64,000 nt of DNA from Cetorhinus maximus. Taxonomy: Eukaryota. Under the pieces are notes generated by a model. That model was given only the letters and a program-made list of their open reading frames with translations, had not been told where the DNA came from and ran no database searches. Positions within the stretch are counted from its first letter, which is position 1, and each line of letters opens with the position of its first letter. Below, piece after piece: positions 57,190 to 64,000 of the stretch. Both the position numbers and the translations under genes were made by a program. The stretch lies in NCBI RefSeq assembly GCF_964194155.1, contig NC_135890.1, forward strand, positions 6,696,001 through 6,760,000. The letters are read 5' to 3'.

Positions 57190-59875
57190 GAGAGACTAGG
57201 ACCCTAGGTCACAGCCTCAGAGTAAAGGGAAGACTTTTAGAACAGAGATGAGAAACTTCTTTAGCCAGAGAGTGGTGAATCTATGGAATTCATTGCCACA
57301 GAAGGCTGTGGACGTCAGGTCATTGAGTGTATTTAAGACCGAGATAGATAGGTTCTTGATTGGTAAGGGGATCAAAGGTTATGGGGAGAAGACAGGAGAA
57401 TGGGGTTGAGAAACTTATCAGCCATGATTGAATGGCGGAGCAGACTCGATGGGCCGAATGGCCCAATTTCTGCTCCTTGTCTTATGGTCTTATATATTGG
57501 AAAGATGCCATTCCAGACAGTTCTTAACATATGCATGTCCAATTAATTTTATATTCCTCTATATGAACACTTTAGGAAGGATGTGAACGTATTAGAGAGG
57601 GTGCAGAAAAGATTTACAAGAATGTTTCCAGGGATGAGGGACTTCAGTTATGTGGATAGATTGGCAAATCTGGGGCTGTTCTCCTTAAAGAGGAGAAAGT
57701 TGAATGAAGATTTGATAGAGGTGTTCAAAATCATGAGAGGTCAGAACAGAGTAGATAGGAAGAAACTGTTCCCATTGGTACCAGAGGGCACCAATTTAAG
57801 GTGAATGGTGAATGCAAAAGAACTCTAGGCAACATGAGGAAAATCTTTTTTAAACACAGAGCGTGGTTTGTATCTAGAATGCACCTCTACAGGTGATTTC
57901 GGAAGGGAATTGGAAAGCACCTGTAGAGAAAGAAAAAGCTGCATTTAAGGGGGAAGGTAGTTGGGGGGATGTGGTAGAAAGCAGGTTTAGCTGATTTGCA
58001 TTTGCAGAGCTGGTATGGTCCTGATGGGCTGAATGGCCTCCTTCTATGCTATAAACATAGTTTATGATTCTTTGCTTCACGCATTTATCTAATTTTCTTT
58101 TAACAGATGCAATGTTCTGCTTTAACTTAAGATTCATGAACAGGAAGGTTGCAACAGTAACACTGCTATTCAAGGAAGGAGGAAGAGAGAAAACAAGGGA
58201 CTGCAGGCCAGTCAACAAGACATCAGTAGTAGGGAAAATGTTAGAATCTATTATTAGGGATGAGATTGCAGGGCACTTGGAAAATCAAAGTATTATTGGG
58301 CAGAGTCAACATGGTTTTATGAAAGGATAATCATGTTTTTTGAAGGTGTAAATAGCAGGTTAGGTAAAATGAAAGGAAAGCTTGCATTTTTATAGGGCTT
58401 TTCACAACCACCACACATCTCAAAGCACTTTACAGCCAATGAAGTATAATTGAAGTGTTGTCACTGTTGTAATTTAAGCAATGCAGCAGCCAATTTGCAC
58501 ACAGCAAGGACCCACAAACAACAATGTGATAATGACCAGATAATCTGCTTTTTGTGATGTTTATTGAGATAAATATTGACCTGGACATTGGTGATAAACC
58601 CCCTGCTCTTCTTCAAAATAGTGCCATTTGGGACCTTTTACATCCATTTGAGAGGGCAGGTGAGGCCTCTGTTTAAACTCTCATCTGATCACTCCGCCAT
58701 TGCAGCAGTGGAGTGTAAGCCTTGATTTTTGTGTTCAATAAGGGGAAAATGGTGGATATAGTATATATGGATTTTCAAAAGGCATTTGATGAGGTGCCAT
58801 GCAAGTGGCTATTACACAAGATTAGGGCTCATGGAAATGTAGGGGTAATACATTAGCTTGGATTGAGGATTGGATGAGAGACAGAAAACAGAAAATAGGA
58901 ATAAATGGGTTATTTTCAGGTTGGCAAGCTGTAACTAGCTGCTGCAAAGATCAGTGCTTGGGCCTCAACTTTTACAATCTACATCAATGATTTAGTTGGA
59001 GGGATTGAGTGTAATGTGTCTAATTTTGCTGATGATACATAGGTAGGTGTTACGTTAACCTTTCTTGAAAGTGGGTAAAAGAGTAAAGAAATCTTGTTGC
59101 AATTACATTGAACTTTGATGAAACCTCGAATACTGTATACAGTTTTCATCTCCTTACCTACAGAAGGATATACTCGTCTTAGAGGAGGCGCAACAAATGT
59201 TCACTGGATTGTTTTTAATTGCTCCACCATTGGTGGCTGTGCCTTTTGTCTAGGCCCCAAGCTCTCTACCTCATTTTTCTCCTTTAAGAAACTCTTTACA
59301 ACCTACCTCTTTGACCAAGTTTGGTCATTTGACCTAATATCCCCTTATGTGGCTCAGTGTCAAACTTTGTTTTATAATGCTCCTGTGTACCACTTGGAAT
59401 ATTTATTATGTTAAAGGCACTATAATCTAAGTTGTGTTTCCTAGAATGAGAGAGTGATTGGGTGGAATAGGCATATATTCTCTGGAGTTTAGAAGAATGA
59501 GAGGTGATCTCATTGAAACTCTTAAAGAGATTGACAGGGTAGACTCTGAGAGGCTAGTTTTCCCTGGCTAGAGAATCAAAAACTAAGGGGCACAGTCTCA
59601 GGATAAGTGGTCCACTATTTAGGACTGACATGAGGAGAAATTTCTTCACACGGATGGTTGTGAATACTTGGAATTCTTTACCCCAGAGGGCTGCAGATGT
59701 TCGATCGATGAGTATGTTCAAGGCTTAGATCAATAGATTTTTGGACACCAAAGGAATCAAAGGATATGGGAACAGGGCGGGAAAGTGGAGCAAGGTTGAG
59801 GTTCAGCCATGGTCTTATGGAATGACCAAGAAGGCTCGACGGGCAATTTAGTCTATTCCTGCTCCTGTTGTTTAT
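57190..59875 (+). mobile_element. Cluster of CR1 LINE fragments with nested SINE and L2 pieces
   Basis: LERVQKRFTRMFPG, FKEGGREK..CRPV..SVVGKMLE, SQHGFMKG, GATGGGCCGAATGGCC tails. Confidence 0.8.
58372..58738 (-). mobile_element. SacSINE1/DeuSINE-like SINE nested in CR1
   Basis: Similarity to other copies; CR1 RT sequence resumes after it. Confidence 0.75.
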
Positions 59876-60782
59876 GTTAATTACTGTCTTAGCCTGAGGT
59901 CCAACAAACCAAAATTTCAATTTTACGATCCCTGCAACTCCATATTCCCCAACACTCCATAAAAAATTTCTAACTTTCCCTTTACTCTCTTGGTGGCAAT
60001 TTAAAATTGATAACCCCCTCAGTGATTCCCTAATCAGGCAAAATACCTTTATAATCTTAAAAACCCTTATTAAATCTCCTCTTAGTTTTTCTGCTTGTGT
60101 GGAAACAATCTCAGGATCTCAATTTTCTCATTATTACCATGTCTGGAGAGTTCAGACTGTTCTATGAGGAGGAAGGGTGGGGTGGATGGGGAGGAAAGAG
60201 GGAATAAGGAAAAGCAATAAAAGTGTTAACACAGAAGTAAAATACTGCAGATGGTGGTCATTTATACATACTTCAATGCCTATAACGTGGGAATGGTGTA
60301 TTGGTTTGTAATTTTAATGTAATTCACTTCTTTTAATGTTTCGTCCACTAACTTCCCTGTTACCTGCTGAACTTGTTTGTCTATTTTTGTTACGTTTTTA
60401 ACCTGATTACTTAGCCTTCATATGAATTTCTCGATGTAAGTTGCATTGCAATTCAGCCTTCAGTCTGTGAATACAGTACCATTATTATTAAATCTATAGA
60501 GAGAGAAACAGGGTTAACATTTCAGCTTGATGACAAAAGTATTAACAAAGGAGACATAACGAGTGAGACTTAATATTACTATTGAAATGGCGACTGTTTG
60601 GCAACCATATTTGAAAAAGTGCTTATGCCTCAAGAGTGAAATTTGGCTACCTTTGAAACCCAAAACATGAGTAATATTTAAAAAGGCAAAATACTGCAGA
60701 TGCTGGCAATCTGAAATATAAAATAGGGAAACATGGTGTAAATGCTCAGCAAGTCAGGTAGCAATTGTGGGAGAAATAAATG

Positions 60783-61340
60783 ATTTGCATTTCCATAGAA
60801 TCTTTCATGATGACCCAAAGCGATCTGAAGTGTATTCACAGTTGTATTGTCGGGCACACAGCAGACTTCTACAAAGAGCAATTTGGTAATGGCCAGATAA
60901 TCTTTTTTTTTAATGATGTTGATTGAGGGATAAAGTTTGGTCAGGTCACCAGAGATAACAAAAACAAAAATACCCGGAAAAACTCAGCAGGTCTGACAGC
61001 ATCTGCGGAGAGGAACACAGTTAATGTTTCGAGTCCGTATGACTCTTCAACAGGAGTCATATGGACTCGAAACGTTAACTGTGTTCCTCTCCGCAGATGC
61101 TGCCCGACCTGCTGAGTTTTTCCAGGTATTTTTGTTTTGGATTTCCAGCATCCGCAGTTTTTTTGCTTTTATCACCAGAGATAACAACCGTTCGTCATCT
61201 GAAACTGGCACCACTGACAGTGTAGCACTCCTTCGGTACTGCATGGCAGCGTCAGCTGGATATTTGGACTCAACTCTCTGGAGTCCAACTTGAACCGACA
61301 ACCTTCGGAGTCGGAGGCAAGAGTTGGCCACAGCTGACAC
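60783..61340 (-). mobile_element. SacSINE1/DeuSINE-like SINE split by the fold-back Penelope element
   Basis: Halves rejoin across the TSD. Confidence 0.75.
60962..61171 (+). mobile_element. Fold-back (head-to-head) Penelope pLTR mini-element inserted in an older SINE
   Basis: Near-perfect inverted arms; 16-bp TSD TCACCAGAGATAACAA (60946-60961 / 61172-61187). Confidence 0.9.
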
Positions 61341-61559
61341 AGAGAAAACAAAGAATATTCACTCGAGAGATCGAATTATAACTTGAGGAGAAGGAGCTGC
61401 TGTGGTGGCCCTCGCCTTGGTGATCCTGCCACTCACTCTCCTGCAGAGACCATCAAACACCGAGCTTCAGGTTCAAAGCCTGGGCATCATAAAATGGTCC
61501 TTGTCACCCCTCCCCCAACAACAATGGCCCAGTCCCGCGGAACAACTGCCTAATCCCCT

Positions 61560-61816
61560 CTCAATGTCCACCCAGTCCTCACCCTCAATGTCCACCCTGG
61601 TTTTCCCCTCTAGCAACCGCCCAGTCGCCCTGACAACCGCCCAATGAGGGGAAGGGGGAGGAGTCTGGGGGGGCCTCCCTGCCGCAGCGACCTGACCGAG
61701 CGCCTGTCGCTTACGGAGAGGAAAAACAACGCTCCCTGAGAAGAAAAAGAGCACTGGATATTAAAAAGAAATCGCATTTTTGCTGTTTGATATCCCCCCC
61801 TCCCGCCGCCGTGAGT
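61560..61816 (+). promoter_or_regulatory. CpG-rich promoter and probable non-coding first exon (donor CCGCC|GTGAGT at 61811) of a divergent gene, probably UPF2 by synteny
   Basis: CCAAT at 61641, duplicated CAACCGCCCA, RFX-like CTAGCAAC, CpG-rich to ~62130. Human order is UPF2(divergent)-DHTKD1-SEC61A2. No coding sequence seen. Confidence 0.5.
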
Positions 61817-62130
61817 TCTTTTTGTGATTTGAGAAGTTTGTTTATGGCTGTGATCAGGCGGTGTTTGGGTCAGTCGGGTTGGTGGGGTCCTGGCGCTCAG
61901 GGCCTATCGATCTCTCTCTCTCTCTCACTCAATTTCTGTGTCCGAGTGTCTCCGGATTCAAACACAGCCGTGCCTGGCCTGGCCGCGTCGCCTCTACAGC
62001 ACCCGGGACACCTCCAGGAGCCGGTAACTGTGCCTCTGCGGGGGCTATCGGGCTGTTTTTATATCCCTTTCTGCCCTCCCGTCTCGGTTCCTGAGGCCCC
62101 GGTCAGGGCCCTGGACTCTGGCCCTGGGAC

Positions 62131-63212
62131 ATTCACCATCCCTAAAACCGACAGTAACTGGGGCTTTGAGAGATTCACCATCCCTAACACCGACAGCAAC
62201 TGGGGCTTTGAGAGATTCACCATCCCTAAAACCGACAGTAACTGGGGCTTTGAGAGATTCACCATCCCTAAAACCGACAGTAACTGGGGCTTTGAGAGAT
62301 TCACCATCCCTAAAACCGACAGTAACTGGGGCTTTGAGAGATTCACCATCCCTAACACCGACAGTAACTGGGGCTTTGAGAGATTCACCATCCCTAAAAC
62401 TGATAGTAACTGGGGCTTTGAGAGATTCACCATCCCTAACACCGACAGTAACTGGGGCTTTGAGAGATTCACCATCCCTAAAACTGATAGTAACTGGGGC
62501 TTTGAGAGATTCACCATCCCTAACACCGACAGTAACTGGGGCTTTGAGAGATTCACCATCCCTAAAACTGATAGTAACTGGGGCTTTGAGAAATTCACCA
62601 TCCCTAACACCGACAGCAACTGGGGCTTTGAGAAATTCACCATCCCTAACACCGACAGCAACTGGGGCTTTGAGAAATTCACCATCCCTAAAACCGACAA
62701 CAACTGGGGCTTTGAGAGGTTCACCATCCTTTACACCGACAGTAACTGGGGCTTTGAGAGATTCGCCATCCCTAACACCGAGAGTAACTGGGGTTTTGAG
62801 AGATTCACCGTCCCTTAAACCGATAGTAACTGGGGCTTTGAGAGATTCACCATCCCTAACACTGACAGTAACTGGGGTTTTGAGAGATTCACCATCCCTA
62901 AAACCGACAGTAACTGGGGCTTTGAGAGATTCACCATCCCTAACACCGACAGTAACTGGGGCTTTGAGAGTTTCACCATCCCTAACACCGACAGCAACTG
63001 TGGCTTTGAGAGATTCACCATCCCTAACACCGACAGTAACTGGGGCTTTGAGAGATTCACCATCCCTAAAACCGATAGTAACTGGGGCTTTGAGAGATTC
63101 GCCATCCGTAAAACCGACAGCATCTGGGGCTTTGAGAGATTCACCATCCCTGAAACCGACAGAAACTGGGGCTTTGAGAGATTCACCATCCCTAAAATTG
63201 ACAGCAACTGGG
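62131..63212 (+). repeat. 42-bp minisatellite, ~25.8 copies (ATTCACCATCCCTAAAACCGACAGTAACTGGGGCTTTGAGAG)
   Basis: Unit starts at 62131 and 63181 are 1050 nt = 25 x 42 apart. Confidence 0.98.
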
Positions 63213-64000
63213 ACCTCCTATTATTATTTACATTCAGAACCACCTCTGAAAGATCTCATTTCGCCGTTATTTTTCATATCCCCATTATCATTTTCAGCTT
63301 TATTGTTTTTTACATATTGACGAATCACTCTTGGCTTTTCTAGGGGAATACCAACACCGTTTGTTCGTCCGCAGGAATATTAAAAAATATTGTGGTTTAT
63401 ATACTACAATAAAAACATTCAGGAAATGAGTGTAGTGTTTTATGATCATGAACCCTGCCCCCCTCAGTCTCCAAACAGAAACTTGCCTTTTCTCAGTCCA
63501 TTGATATTGAAGCTTGCATTTTGTGTATCCTGTTTATGTTATGTTCCAAGTAAATATTTAGGCAATAAACTCACCCTATGTTTCTAATGACATTTCCTTG
63601 TATAATGTTGGAGTGATGTGAAATGTATAGAACTATAAATATTGTTTGCTGTCTGCAGTTTTCATGTAGCATTATGACTGATTTGGGATTTTATAATAAA
63701 ACAACAATAAAATTGAAGTGAATTAGCTTTAATTTTGAAGTGTAGGGTATAACACAAAATTTGGTTGAAGAAACGATGCATACAGCTTGATAAAGAAACA
63801 TGTAGAACTATGTATGTTGTTCCTTTAACCAATTTTTCTGTTTTGTATATGTACAAATATAGCATTTATTTTAAAATTAATAGTTTATATTCAAAAGCGA
63901 TGAGTTGGGCAAACCTTGAATTAAATGTTTCTAATTTTGCGATATTATCCTATTTTATAAGAGCAAATTCAGAACATGAATTTCTGTAGTTTAAAAAGTA

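Noticed and set aside
62131-63212. CRISPR-like array
   Set aside because: Units are contiguous with no unique spacers, and the context is eukaryotic with no cas genes

Overview
Eukaryotic vertebrate genomic DNA, most likely from a cartilaginous fish (shark-type SacSINE1/DeuSINE-like, CR1, L2 and Penelope repeats). The minus strand carries a complete 17-exon DHTKD1 gene (ATG 52789 to TGA 13482; 2769 nt CDS, 922 aa) followed by exons 1-6 of SEC61A2 (ATG 9013, continuing off the left edge). A GC-rich promoter with a probable non-coding first exon on the plus strand at about 61.6-61.8 kb fits the divergent neighbour expected from human synteny (UPF2; inferred, no coding sequence visible). Introns and intergenic DNA are full of LINE/SINE fragments, solo LTRs, MITEs and Penelope-like elements with minimal hammerhead-ribozyme motifs. 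There is an assembly gap at 7840-8830. Most unusual: (i) a SEC61A2 intron-1 minisatellite whose ~28-bp unit is a copy of the exon-1 5' splice site; (ii) TSD-flanked, fold-back, non-coding Penelope-derived elements with a CUGUUGA hammerhead-core variant; (iii) two DHTKD1 exons whose first bases regenerate a 5' splice site; (iv) a 42-bp minisatellite open as long ORFs on both strands. Most ORFs in the supplied track are spurious or repeat-derived. Homology calls come from recalled family motifs, not database searches.
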